A DNA stretch of 60,000 bases, from assembly GCF_963921235.1 (NCBI RefSeq), contig NC_086097.1:133674001-133734000 (forward strand), written 5' to 3'. The DNA comes from Mobula hypostoma. Lineage: Eukaryota. The translations under genes and the position numbers were made by a program. The stretch's first letter is position 1. Every line of letters begins with the position of its first letter. The notes beneath the pieces were generated by a model. The model did not search any database. It was not told the DNA's origin and saw nothing but the letters and a program-made list of their open reading frames with translations. This document shows, piece after piece, positions 12,352 to 24,984 of this stretch.

Positions 12352-14045
12352 ACATAGAATAGTTAGCAGAGGACAGGCCCTTCAGCCCACAATGTTGTGC
12401 TAAACCAGCTAAAAAGCAAATCCAAAACACCCAAACACTAATCCTTCCTACCTACACAATATCTATATCCCTCCATCTTCCCTGCATTTGTGTGCCTATC
12501 TAAACATCTCTTAAAAACCTCCAATGTATTTGCCTTTACCACCATATCAGACTGCGGATTCCAGGCATTCACCTCTATCAGATGTCCCCTCAGCCTCTAC
12601 CACTGCAGAGAAAACAACCCAAGATTACCCAGCCTCTCATGATAGCACATAACCTCTAAACCAGGCAGCATCCTGGTAAACCTCTTCTGCACCCTCTCCA
12701 AAGCCTCAACATCCTTCCTACAGTGGGGCCACCAGAAGTGTGTGTAATACACCAGATGTGGCCTAACTAGAGTTTTGTGAAGTTTCAAAATAACCTCTTG
12801 ACTTTTGAACTCAATGCCTTGATTAATAAAAGTAAGCATTCCTTAAGTCTTCTTCACCACCCCATGAACCTTTGAAGTCACTTTCACAGAGCTATGAACC
12901 TAGTCTCCAAGATCTCAATGCTTGGTAACACTGTTAAGGATCTTGCACTTAGCAGTGTTCTGTCTCCTTGCGTTTGCCCTACTAAGGTGCAACACCCCAC
13001 ATTTATCTAGGTTAAATCTATCTGCTATTTCTCTGCCCATATTTGCAACTGAACTATGTCACACTATATTATTTACTAGTTTCTACACTATCCACAATTA
13101 CACCAATCTTGGAGTCATCCAGAAACCCACCCACCTATATTTTCAACCAAGTCATTAAATACATCACAAACAGCAGCGGTCCCAGTACAGATCCCTGTGG
13201 AACACCATTATTTACAGACCTCCAGCTCAAATAAGTCCTTTCAACCACTACTCTCTGTCTTCTATTCCCAAGCCAGTTGTGAATCCAAACAGCCAATTCA
13301 CCATGGACCCCATGCAACTTAATCTTCTGGATAAGCCTCCAATGAGGGACTTTGTCAAATGCCTTCAAATCCATGTAGACAACATCTACTACTCTACCTT
13401 AATCAGTCTCTCTTATCACCCTGTCAAAAAACTCAATCAAGTTGATAAGTGCCACACAAAGCCATGCTAGTTCTCCCTAATTAGGCCATGGGTTTCCAAA
13501 TACTCATATACTCTATCCCTCTGAATTTTCTCCGGCAACTTTCCTACAATTGACTAGTCTATAGTTCCCAGGATGTTCCCTTGTTCCTTTCTTAAATAGA
13601 GGTACAATATTGGCCACTCACCAGTCCTCTGGGACCTCGCCTGTGCCTAGAGAGGACATGAGGTCAAGGCCCCAGCAATCTTGTCTCTTGCCTCCTTCAA
13701 TAACCTGTGGTAAATCCCATCAGGCCCTGAGAATTGTCCACTTTATTATTCATTAGGATGTCCAATACTTCCTCCTCCTTGACCTCTAAATGCCCTAACA
13801 TATTGATACACTCAGCACTGATCTCCTGGTCCTCCATATCTTTTCCTTGGCAAATACTGAAGCAAAGTATTCATTAAGTACCTCACTCACATTCTCTGCA
13901 TCCAAGCAAGTGTAACCAACTTTATCCATGAGCAGTCCTACCCTCTGCCTAGTTATCCTCTTGCTCTTAATGTATGTATATAATGACTTGGAATTCAGCT
14001 TAATCCTACTTGCCAAGGACTTTTCATGGCAGTGAGCTCTCTCCA
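12352..14045 (-). mobile_element. CR1 LINE fragment (RT region), frameshifted
   Basis: ORF remnants DLKAFDKVPH, GVPQGSVLGP and LVRPHLVYYTHFW; the 3' tail lies at ~12352. Confidence 0.9.
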
Positions 14046-14364
14046 TGAATCTATAGTGATATCTTAAACAGTTATATGGAAATGGCAAGTATACTGAAAA
14101 ATTGCTTTACATCGGCAAGTGTAGTCAAGAAGGAGAATAGCATGAGGACATTCCAAGGAAAGTTATATTAAACTTGAAACCGTGTTCGTTATCCTGTGTA
14201 TGATCTTGACGAAAACCTTCAAATCCAAGTGTACTGCGTATATCAAGTCCCACTCTTCTATTACATTGGATACATCCACAATGAACCCTGATACATCAAA
14301 AAAAAACATTGTTTCCCTTTTCCAAAGTAATGGGATCTATTGATAAATTGAGTACCAGTCTGAA

Positions 14365-14970
14365 AGTCAAGTTCAAGTTTATTTTCATACATACGAGTAC
14401 ATGTACGCACAGGTGCAATGAAAACCTTGCAATAATATTATGAGCACATAGCATTATATAAGCAGCATTCATAAGAAAAAATAAATTTATCGTTATTTTT
14501 TAATTACAAGAAAGAACACAATTAGGACAAAAAAAAAATCTATTTTAATGCAAAGTGATCAAAAAGGTCCTAGTGTTTTATACTGTGGTGATTAGAGTTA
14601 CGCTGGTTGGTTCAGAAACTGAATAGTTGAAGGGAAGTAGTTGTGGGGAAGGAGGGAAGAAACTGCTGGTGTTGGACTTCAGGCCTCCGTACTTCCTGTC
14701 TGATGATACTTGCAAGAAGATGGCGTGGTCTGGATGGCTGGGATTTTAGATGATGGATATTGCCCTCTTGAGACAATACCTTCTATAGATACTACCAAGG
14801 GACGTGACTGAGATGTGTTGTGTAGAGTCTGCTACTCTCTGTAGCTTCTTACATTCCTGCACATTTGAATTGCCATATCTGATCATAATAATTAGTCAGT
14901 ACACCTCTAGAAGTTTGTTAGTGTTTGGTAACAAGCTGAACTTGCAGGACCTCTTCAGAAAGTAATGACA
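14365..14970 (-). mobile_element. Rex1/Babar-type LINE 3' fragment
   Basis: Tail aagtcaagttcaagtttatt; similar to 127-800 and to the reverse complement of 59170-59652. Confidence 0.6.
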
Positions 14971-16087
14971 TTGGAGGCTTTAACTGTATTTCTAAATACC
15001 ACTTGCTTCCTCATCTCTGCAGCTTTTTTGCCATCTTTACAAGGACCCTTGTATCACTTTATACAAACAAGCTATCATGAACAGATTTTAAAAATTAAAA
15101 AAAACTGTATCAAAACCAAGTTTCCTTGGGGCCTTAAGTAAATAACTTGTAGCAGCTGCAAGGACTGTGCATCTCTAAACAATTTGTATCAAATAATCTT
15201 TTACTATCATCAACATGAATGAAGATATTGTAAAATCACCATGATCTTCACATTTCGGTGATTAGACATGTTACCCTTTTCTGAAGGCTAGCTAATAAAT
15301 ATATTGGATTCATGACAATTATTTAACATATATTCCGCAAATATTTGGAGTTAAGGCTAGTAAAAATATCCATCTGTCGTGGATGCATAGCTATAACGTT
15401 TTACCATGTTCCCAATAGGAAAAAAATCTGCTTGCATATAGGCGATTCTGTATGAGAACAGAAAGAAAAGGGATTGTCCTTCAAAGCGTACACTGTTTAT
15501 TAGGGACAGTTGCTGGATCGGAGTAGTATTTCTTCTACAAATGAAAGGCCTATCCATCCTCCAAGGAATTATATATCTCAAGGTTAGAAGACTAACAAAA
15601 GTGTAGCTGAATTTTCTTTAAGGCACAATGAGACCATTCAGAAGCAGTGTTGAGAAGAACAGTTAAGTTGCTCACTGACACCAAAAGACAACCTGATAGG
15701 AAATGCTGGAGAAACTTGGGTTACTCAGCCTTCAAAGAAGGTTCAGTCAATACAATGGAACCTCACCAAAGATGAATTTAGCATGGCAAGCAGGATGAAA
15801 GGAGAAGCAGATCTAGCATGATACTGTTGAGCTAAAGTGGGATACTTGGCCAGAAAAGCTAAAAACAGCAAATAGTAAACATCTCCTGTCAGGAAGCTAT
15901 CTTTGCACAAAGAATGATTAACACGTGGATCAGACACGGTTCAGGGTCCTGGAGTCTGCGAGAATAAATGAGCTGAGTTGCTTTCCTCTACTTACATGTT
16001 AGGTCAGGCAACACCCATAAAGAGAAATAGAATTAATATTTCAGGTCAATGACCTTTCATAAATCTGTTTCTGTTTATGATTGTGTT

Positions 16088-16202
16088 TCTCCCTCTCCCC
16101 TCCCCCCTCACCTCCCCTTTCCCCCTTTCCTTCCCCAATCCCCTTTTCCCCCCTCCTCTCTCTCTCCCCCCATTCCCCCTCTCTTCTGTCCCAATCCCCC
16201 AC
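16088..16202. repeat. Polypyrimidine/polypurine low-complexity tract
   Basis: About 115 bp of almost pure C/T with C-runs, preceding a CR1 3' end at ~16225-16405. Confidence 0.85.
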
Positions 16203-17929
16203 TTTCTGATGGGCAGCCCAGGTCATTGATTATATTTCAAGTGAAGGTTGATAGGTTTTGATTAGTAAGGACGTCAATGGTTACAAAGAGAAGGCAGGAG
16301 AATGGGGTGGAGAGGGATAATAAATCAGCTATTATCAAATGACAGAGTGAACTCAATGGGCCAAATAGCCTATTTCTGCTCCAATGTCTTATGCTCTTAT
16401 GGTTCAACCAATACTTCTAAATTATGATTATTACTGATGACAAAAATTATGATAAAAGTGTTAATAAGATCCTGTGGCTGGAGCTTTGAGTCCAGTTTTG
16501 GATGTTGAGGCTTGGAAAGATATCATGGATTTGAGGCAGGGACTTATCAGAGTGGTAGCAGACATGAAGGAGTAAGGGGAAGCTGGGATTGACCAGAGGA
16601 GACTAAGAGGATGTTTACTGATAAAAATTAGAAGAATATTTGTTGGGATGGATGAGAGGAAACATTTATAGTGGTGGGAGTTGGGGGTGCAGTTTAACCA
16701 GAACACACAGAGTTAAGGAAATAACAAAGAAAAAGAGCCAGAGGGGAAATTAAGAGGTGTTATTATGCAATGATCTTCCGTGGTTTGGAATGCCCTCCTC
16801 TGGGGGTAATGGTAGTAGGTTCAGTAGTAACCTGCAAAAGGAAATCAGGTAAAGAACATGTGGAGGCACAAGAGACTATGGATGGTGGAACCTGGAGCAG
16901 GACACACAAAGCTGAAGGAACTAAATGGGTCAGGCAGTGTCGCTGGTAGGAAATGGACAGTCAATGTTTTGGTTTGAGATTCCTTACATGGACTGAAAGT
17001 TTTTTTATCTGAAAAGTTGATCTGAAAATCGTGCAATGGCATAAGTTTGAAGAGTTTCCATATTTTTCCTATGCAGGCTTGGTGTTTTGGGGGAAAATGT
17101 CTTGAATGGCTGTTGATTGATAGGAGCCATTTTGTGACCATTCCTATCTCAAGCACTGTTATTGTGAAGAGTTGTGCACCCAGCTGGTTTAATCAGCCCT
17201 CGATGCATTCACAACACACTTCAAAGCTAGAGCAGAGAATGACACACAGTATAAATTACAAACCAAATTCTCTGCTTATTACTTTATTAGTTAGTTGTTG
17301 ACTGATTTATAAAGGTTTGTGCACTTGCTCTACATCCTGCTGTGCTTTATATTAGTCTTGCCTTCATGTACTTTCTCCAGAGGTCTGTCTTTCCACACTG
17401 TATCAACGCCAGACTTTTATGTTGTGTCATTTCTTTAGAACTCCTCAATGAAACTGATCTGTGAGTCCTTTCATTTCCGAATCTCTGTCTCCCATTTCAC
17501 AAAGAATAGGTCACGGTTTCTGTGGGAGATCAGCTGTCTTTCATTGACTGCAGAATCCACTGTGATTACAGCATTAATTTTATCTGTCTTTTGGCCCCTT
17601 TGTGGCTCATATCCTGCCTGCCGCTTAGATTTGTGGGCTAACAGAGCACAGAAGGATGCCACTCATTTCATCATTCTGTTACTATACCTTCTTGGTGTCA
17701 TCCATCAGAACTATATGGGGTGCTTGAATTGATGGGCAGTCATATAGGGGACTCTGACAGTTTTCCATGTTTTCCCATATTAAAGCATCTAAACATACTC
17801 AATTTGCTTCTTCAGTTGAGCTAGCATACAAAAGCAAAATCACTGTGCAAAACTCTTTGCATTGTTAATGTCATTTGGTAAATATATTCAGTTGGGTTAA
17901 CACTTTTTAAAGCATACTGCTATTGCCAC

Positions 17930-18330
17930 TCATTACAATGGCTTTCTCACCAGATTCAGCCCCTCCATGTCCAGTAGTGGAAAAACCCTCATCTGTGGCT
18001 CCTTCCACTGAGCCTTTACACAGATTGCATCAAGCTCCAGTGCATTCCTTAGCATGTATTCCTGGAACCTGGAATGTGCCAGTCAGCAGCATTCCCACAC
18101 GAACATCTCGCTGGGCTGGAAGACCAACAAGATTCAGGCCTTTCACTTAGTTGATGACTTCCCAGCAGCACTTGAGGTCTGCCTCAGTGTGTGTCCCTGG
18201 GAACAGTCCATAGATCAGAGAGTCCTCTGTTAAACAGCCGCTTGAGATGAACATGATAATGACCCTCAAATCCTTCTTAGCAAATCCACAGTTTGCAAAG
18301 AGGTGAGCGACCATTGCCTTCATAATGCAG
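17930..18330 (-). mobile_element. Tx1/L1-clade LINE C-terminal remnant
   Basis: Minus strand reads HLFANCGFAKK...LIYGLFPGTHTE..CCWEVIN*...ECC*LAHSRFQEYMLRNAL, resembling the post-RT zinc-binding region of Tx1-like ORF2, with stops. Confidence 0.6.
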
Positions 18331-18889
18331 CCTTTCCAGAAACTAACCCTATGATGGGTTTTTTTTTGGAGGGGGAGGATGGAAACACTGGGTGAGTCAC
18401 CGTAATCAAGACTGCCCTTCAAGGGCCAGAGTCCTTTTGCAAAAGAAGTCCACTGTCTTTAATGTCTATCCCTTTGTAAGCAGAGAGTCAGGAGTGGATC
18501 ATTTCACTTTTCACACTTAATCCACTATTCAGGAGATAATGTCTGATCTTTATTCTTACTGACGTTTTACTGCACCAATCCATATCCCATGTTTTGTTTT
18601 ACATTCTACAATATATTTAATGTCTAAGCATTAGGTAAACAAATCCAAAGATTTCTTAAGCTCTAGATGGAGAAATTTCAGCTCATCTTTGTCCTGATTT
18701 TCTGACCCCTTAATATGAAATGGCATCCCCTGTTTCTAGATTTTCCATCAGAGTGGTATCAGGGCGATTGTGTTGTGATTGACTTTGAATTGCCCTCTAC
18801 AATGGCAACGTAGCTCACTGTTGCAAATTAGAGATGCCAAATAACTGCTAGAATTGATACTTATAGCCACTGATACTGATTGGCAGGAG

Positions 18890-19955
18890 GCAAAAAGTGA
18901 AAATAAAGGGAGCCTTTTCTGGCTGGCTTCTGGTGACTCGTGATGTTCCACAAGGGTCTGTGTTGGGACCGATACTAATTCTTCTTACGTTTTATGTCAG
19001 TGATTTGGATGATGGAATTGATGGCTTTGTTGCAAAGTTTGCAGATGATATGAAGATAGTTGGAGGAGCAGGTAGTTTTGAGGAAGTAGAGACGCTACAG
19101 AAGGACTTAGACAGATTAGGAAAATGGGCAAAGAAGTAGCAGATGGAATAGGGTGTCGGGAAATGTATGGTCATGCATTTTGGTAGAAGAAATTAAAGGG
19201 TTGACTATTTTCTAAATGGAGAGAAAATACAAAAAAACTGAGGCTCAAAGGGACTTGGGAGTCCTTGTGCAGGATTCCCTAAAGTTTTCTTTATAGATTG
19301 AATCTGTGGTAAGGAAGGCAAATGTGATGTTACCATTTATTTCAGGAGAACTAAACTATAAAAGCAAGGATGTAATGTTGAGACTTTATAAGGTGCTGGT
19401 GAAGCCTTACTTGGAGCATTGTGAGAAGTTTTAGGTCCCTTATCCTAGAAAGGATGTGCCTACACTGGAGAGGGTTCAAAGGGGGCTCTCAGAAATGAAT
19501 CCAGGATTGAACAGCTTGCCACATGAAGAGTGTTTGATGGCTTTGGGTCTGTATTCACTGAAATTCAGATAATGAAGGGTGACCTAATTGAAGCCTATTG
19601 AATGGTGAAAGGTCTTGATAGGGTGGATGGGGACAGGGAGTTTCCTGTGCTAGGAAGGTTTAAGACCTGAGGGCACAGCCCCAGAAAAGAGGGGTGTCCT
19701 TTTGTATGGAGATGATGAAGAATTTCTTTGACCAGAGAATGAATCTGTGGAATTCTTTGCCATAAGCAGCTATGGTGGCCAAGTTTTTAACTTAAGGCAG
19801 AGGTTGATAAATTCATGATTGGTCAGGATATGAAGGGATATGGGGGTAAGACAGGGGACTGGGGCTGAGAGGAAAATTGGATCAGCCATGATGAAATGAC
19901 AGAGCAAACTCGATGGGCCATATGGCCTAATTCTGCTCCTATATCTTATAGTCTT
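18890..19955 (+). mobile_element. 5'-truncated CR1 LINE, decayed
   Basis: DVPQGSVLGP and KFADD motifs; 3' UTR gatcagccatgat...tggcctaattctgctcctatatctta. Confidence 0.9.
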
Positions 19956-19959
19956 AATT

Positions 19960-20979
19960 GTGGGTGAGGGAATTATAATGCTATTAGGCAGGAACTAGGG
20001 ACCATAAATTAGGAACAGATGTACTCCAGGAAATGCACAACAGAAATATAGAGTGTTTTTTAGGGAACTCTTCTGGAATTTCTGGATAGGTTTGTTCCAT
20101 TGAGGCAGGGAAAGGATGGTCAGGTGAAGGAACCATGATTGACAAGAGATGTGGATCATCTAGTCAACCGGCAGAAAGAAGCTTTCTTTAGATTTAACAA
20201 GCAAAGATCAGACAGGGCTGTAGAGAGTTACAAGGTAGCCAAGAAGGTGCTGAAGAATAGACTTACGAGAACTAGGAGGGGCATGAGAAGGCCTTGGTGA
20301 GTAGGATTAAGAAAGCTCCGAAGTGTTCTACATTATGCAAAGAGCAGAAGGGTGGCCATATTGGGGGTAGGACAGATCGGGGATCGTAGAGGAAATGTAC
20401 CTGGGATCCAAGGAGGAATAGGATGTCCTTATTAAATACTTTGTTTCAATATTCACCAGTGAGAGGAACATTGCCTTTTGTGAAGGCACTGTTAAACAGG
20501 ATGATATTCTTGAACATGGTCATGTTAAGAAAGAGAATATGATAGAGCTTTCAAAAAACATTAGGATAGATTAGTCCGGGCCCAAGCGAGTTATACCCCA
20601 GATTATGATGGGAAGTAAGAGAAGAGATCGCTGTTCCTTTGGTGATGATCTTTGAATCCTCACTAGTCACAGAGTTGTACTCCATGATTCAAGCATGGCA
20701 AATGTTGCTCCTTTCTTCAAGAAAGAGAGTAAGGATAACCCTGGGAATTATAGACCATTGAGTATTAATTCAGTGGTGGGAAAGTTATTGGAGAGTTTTC
20801 TTAGAGATAGGAATTATGGGTATTTGGAAAGGCATAGTCTGATTGGGGATAGTCAGCATGGCTTTGTGAGTGGCAGGTCATGCCTTGAGAGCCCGACTGA
20901 ACACCTTGAGAATGTGGGAAAGTATATTGATGAAGGTGGAGCAGGGGATATGGTGTATCTGGATTTTAATAAGGTGTTT
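19960..20979 (+). mobile_element. CR1 copy A, left part (continues at 23260)
   Basis: ANVAPFFKK, GNYRPLS, SQHGF and YLDFNKVF; broken in the middle of the DFxKAFDKVPH motif. Confidence 0.85.
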
Positions 20980-22213
20980 CTTGTACAAAGGCTGTTGAAA
21001 ATCTAGTCAAGAAGAAAAGAAAAGCTTACGAAAGGTTCAAAAAAACTAGGTAATGATAGAGATCAAGAAAATTATAAGGCTAGCAGGAAGGAGTTTAAGA
21101 ATGAAATCAGGAGAGCCAGAAGGGGCCATGAGAAGGCCTTGGTGGACAGGATTAAGGAAAACTCCAAGGCATTCTACAAGTATGTGAAGAGCAAGAGAAT
21201 AAGATGTGAGAGAATAGGACCAATCAAGTGTGACAGTGGAAAAGTGTGTATTGAACCGGAGGAGATAGCGGAGGTATTAATACTTTGCTTCAGTATTCAC
21301 TATGGAAAAGGACCTTGGTGATTGTAGGGATGACTTACAGCAGACTGAAAAGCTTGAGCATATAGACATTAAGGAAGAGGATATGCTGGAGCTTTTGGAA
21401 AGCATCAAGTTGGATAAGTCACCGGGACCAGATGAGATATATCCCAGGCTATTGTGGGAGGTGAGGGAGGAGATTGCTGAGCCTCTGGCAATGATCTTTG
21501 CATCATTATTGGGGATGGGAGAGATTCCGGAGGAATGGAGGGTTGCAGATGTTGTTCCCTTATTCAAGAAAAGGAGTAGAGATAGCCCAGGAAACTATAG
21601 ATCAGTGCATCTTACTTCAGTCGTTGGTAAGTTGATGGAGAAGATCCTGAAAGGCAGGATTTATGAACATTTGAAGAGGTATAATATGATTAGGAATAGT
21701 GATCTGGCTTTGTCAAAGGCGGGTCATGCCTTACGAGGCTGATTGATTTTTTTAAGGATGTAACTAAACACGTTAATGAAGGTAGAGCAGTAGATGTAGT
21801 GTATATGGATTTCAGCAAGGCATTTAATAAGGTACCCCATGCAAGACTTATTGAGAAAGTAAGGAGGCATGGGATCCAAGGGGACCTTGCTTTGAGGATT
21901 CAGAACTGGCTTGTCCGCAGAAGGCAAAGAGTGGTTGTAGATGGGTCATATTCTGCATGAAGGTTGGTGACCAGTGGTGTGCTTCAAGGATCTGTTCTGG
22001 GACCTCTGCTCTTCGCAATTTTTATAAGATGACCTGGATAAGGAAGTGAAGGGATGGGTTAGTAAATTTGCTGATGACACAAAGGTTAAGGGTGTTGTGG
22101 ACAGTGTGGAGGACTGTCAAAGGTTACAGTGGGACATCGATAGGATGCAAACAACACACATAAAAGTTGCTGGTGAACGCAGCAGGCCAGGCAGCATCTC
22201 CAGGAAGAGGTAC

Positions 22214-22249
22214 AGTCGACGTTTCGGGCCGAGACCCTTCGTCAGGACT
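22214..22249 (-). ncRNA. Minimal type-I hammerhead ribozyme motif
   Basis: rc = agtc CTGACGA a gggt-ctcg-gccc GAAA c GTC gact: complete core, stem I agtc/gact, stem II, palindromic loopless stem III (ACGT). Confidence 0.75.
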
Positions 22250-22294
22250 AACTGAAAGAAGAGATAGTAAGAGTTACTAGCTCTTCTTTCAGTT

Positions 22295-22330
22295 AGTCCT
22301 GATGAAGGGTCTCGGCCCGAAACGTCGACC
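22295..22330 (+). ncRNA. Minimal type-I hammerhead ribozyme motif
   Basis: agtc CTGATGA a gggt-ctcg-gccc GAAA c GTC gacc; stem I is reduced to 3 bp. Confidence 0.7.
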
Positions 22331-23259
22331 GTACCTCTTCTTAGAGATGCTGCCTGTCCCGCTGCGTTCACGAGCAACTTTTATGTGTGTGGCTTGAAAT
22401 TCCAGCATCTGCAGATTTCCTCGTTATAGGATACAGAACTGGGTTGAGAAGTGGCGGATGGAGTTCACCCAGATAAATGTGAGGTGGTTCATTTTGGTAG
22501 GTCAAATAAGATGACAAATTGTAGTATTAATGATAAGACTCTTGGCAGTGTGGAGGATCAGAGGGATCTTGAGGTCCATGTCCACAGGACACTCAGAGCT
22601 GGTTCACAGGTTGACTGTGTGGTTAAGAAGGCATACAGTGCATTGACCTTCATCAACCTTGGGATTAAGTTCAAGAGCCGAGAGATAATGTTACAGCTGT
22701 ATAGAACCCTGGTCAGACCCCACGGGGAGTACTGTGCTCATTTCTGGTCACCTCACTACAGGAAGGATGTGGAAACCATAGAAAGGGTGCAGAGAAGATT
22801 TACAAGGATGTTGCCTGGATTAGGGAGCATGCCTTACGAGAATAGGTTGAGTGAACTTGGTCTTTTATTGTTGGAGTGATGGAGGATGAGAGGTGACCTG
22901 ATGGAGGTGTATAAGACGATGAGAGGCATTGATCGTGTGGATAGTCAGAGACTTTCTCCCAGAGCTGAAATAGCTAACATGAGAGGGCATAGTTTTAAGG
23001 TGCTTGGAAGCAGGTACAGAAGGGATGTCAGGGGTATGTTTTTTACAAAGAGAGTGGTGAGTGCGTGGAATGGGCTGCTGGCGACTGTGGTGGAGGCGGA
23101 TACAATAGGGTCTTTTAAGAGGCTCCTGGATAGGTACATGGAGCTTAGAAAAATTGAGGGCTGTGGGTAACCCTGGGTAATTTCTAAAGTAAGTACATGC
23201 TTGGCACAGCATTGTGGGCCGAAGGGCCTGTATTGCGCTGTAGAATTTCTATGTTTCTA

Positions 23260-24408
23260 TGTTTGGTAAGGGTCCGCATGGTAGGCTCATTCCAAAAGTC
23301 TAGAGCCATGGGATTAATGGAAACTTGACTGTGTGGATTTAGGTTCAGAATTGGGTTGCCTACAGAGGGCAGAGGATGGTTGTAGATGAAGAGTATTCTG
23401 CCTGGAGGCCAGTGACCAGTGGTGTTCTGTAGGGATCTGTTCTGGCACCTCTGCTCTTTGTGATTTTCATAAATCACTTGGATGAGGAGGTGGAATGGTG
23501 GGATAGTAAGTTTGCAGGTGACACAAAGATTGGTAGTGTTGTGGAATATGTGGAGGTTTGTTGTAGGTTGCAACAGGACATTCACGGGATGCAGGGTTGG
23601 GCTGAGAAGTGGCAGATGGAGCTCAATCCAGAAAAGTGTGAAGTGATCCATTTTGGAATGTTGAATTTGAGGGCAGAAACAGGGATAATGGCGGGATTCT
23701 TGGCAGTGTGGAGGGACAGAGGGCTCTTGGGGTCCACATCCATAGATCCCTCAGAGTTGCCGTGCAAGTTGATAGGTCTGTTAGGAAGATTTATGGTGTG
23801 CTGGACTTCACTAGTCAGGGGATTGAGTTCAAGATATGCCAGGTAATGTTACAGTTCTATAAAATCCTGTGTAGAACACACTTAGATCTTTGTGTTCATT
23901 TCTTGTTGTCTCAGAATAGAAAGGATGTGGAAGCTTTAGAGAGGGTGCAGAGGAGATTTAACTGTATGCTGTCTGGACTGGAGGACATGTCCTATGAAGA
24001 TAGGTTGAGTGAGCTCGCGGTTTTCTCTTTGGAGCAAAGGAGGATGAGAGGTGACTTGATAGAGATGTATAGGGTTATAAGAAGCATAGATAAAGTGGAT
24101 AACCAGAGACTTTTTTCCCAGGGCAGAAATGGCTAATACAAAGGGGTACAATTTTAAGGTGGTTGGGTGAAAGTATTAAGGTAAGTTCTTTACTTAGAGA
24201 ATGGTGGGTGTGTGGAACACCCTGCCAGGGGTGGTAGTAGAGGCAGGTATATTAGAGGCATTTAAAAAACTCTTAGATATGCACATGAATGATAGAAAAA
24301 TTGAAGGTTATGTCAGAGGTAAGGGTTGAATTGATCTAACAGTAGGTTAATATATCTGGCTCAACATCGCTGGCCAAAGGGCCTGTACTGTGCAGTAATG
24401 TTCTGTGA
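23260..24408 (+). mobile_element. CR1 copy A, right part
   Basis: Resumes as tttggtaagggtccgcatggtaggctcatt (F-GKGPHGRLI), continuing the motif broken at 20979; KFAGDT; 3' end at ~24408. Confidence 0.85.
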
Positions 24409-24984
24409 AACTGTGACCACACTGGACGTCATATGCTTGAGATTCTGAGTTTCTGCTCTGCCAGAAAGCTCACCATTGAGTTCAGTGGAGCAGCGGGAAG
24501 TCCCAGTCTCTTCACACGTGGCCCCTCAGTATTACCCCAGAAATGTGTACAAACATAGCAAGGGCCATTCAAGTTCGATTGGAACAGCAGATTAGTTATT
24601 TCTTGTCTTTATTTTACTGAAAATGAATTATTTAATAAATTTATAGCCCGTAAAGTTGTTCAAGAGAACTTATTGCGTTTTTCATTATTTTATCTTGTAA
24701 TGATTTAAATCCATTTGAATAATTATAAATATTTATGATCATCTAAACCAGCTCAAAGGCTTTTAATACCAATGATCTGCTAAAAGGCCATTGGGAGATC
24801 CATCAGACTTCATCTCCGAAGGCCTAGTTGTTGCTCTCAGATTGCTGCATCTTGTAGAATGTCCGTGGCAGCCAGGCCTTGAAATTGACCCATCCCTTTG
24901 CATAGGTAACATATCTATTCTTTATTTTTAGATTTTAACACAAATTAATGGGCTACATGTCTTCTCACCATCTACTTTTAGTAG

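Larger units (their letters stand above)
22150..22425. mobile_element. Penelope-derived foldback insertion (237-bp palindrome plus tail)
   Basis: Arms 22154-22270 and 22274-22390 are near-perfect inverted repeats. TSD ataggat(g/a)ca at 22140-22149 and 22426-22435. Interrupts the RT coding sequence of CR1 copy B. Confidence 0.85.
20980..23264 (+). mobile_element. CR1 copy B (5'-truncated), nested in copy A
   Basis: KSPGPDEIYP, KFADDT and LVRPHGEYCAHFWSP; ends in a tttctatgtttctatgttt tail. Confidence 0.9.

Noticed and set aside
16041..16261. Pro-rich and Gly/Glu-rich ORFs
   Set aside because: Artefacts of the polypyrimidine tract.
17923..18422. GC-richer ORFs as possible host exons
   Set aside because: The minus strand matches a Tx1-like LINE C-terminus with in-frame stops.
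22154..22390. Palindrome as a MITE or pre-miRNA
   Set aside because: The arms are Penelope terminal sequence, an asymmetric tail lies outside the palindrome, and unfolded copies exist (34137-34288), so these are not transposase TIRs. There is no miRNA evidence.
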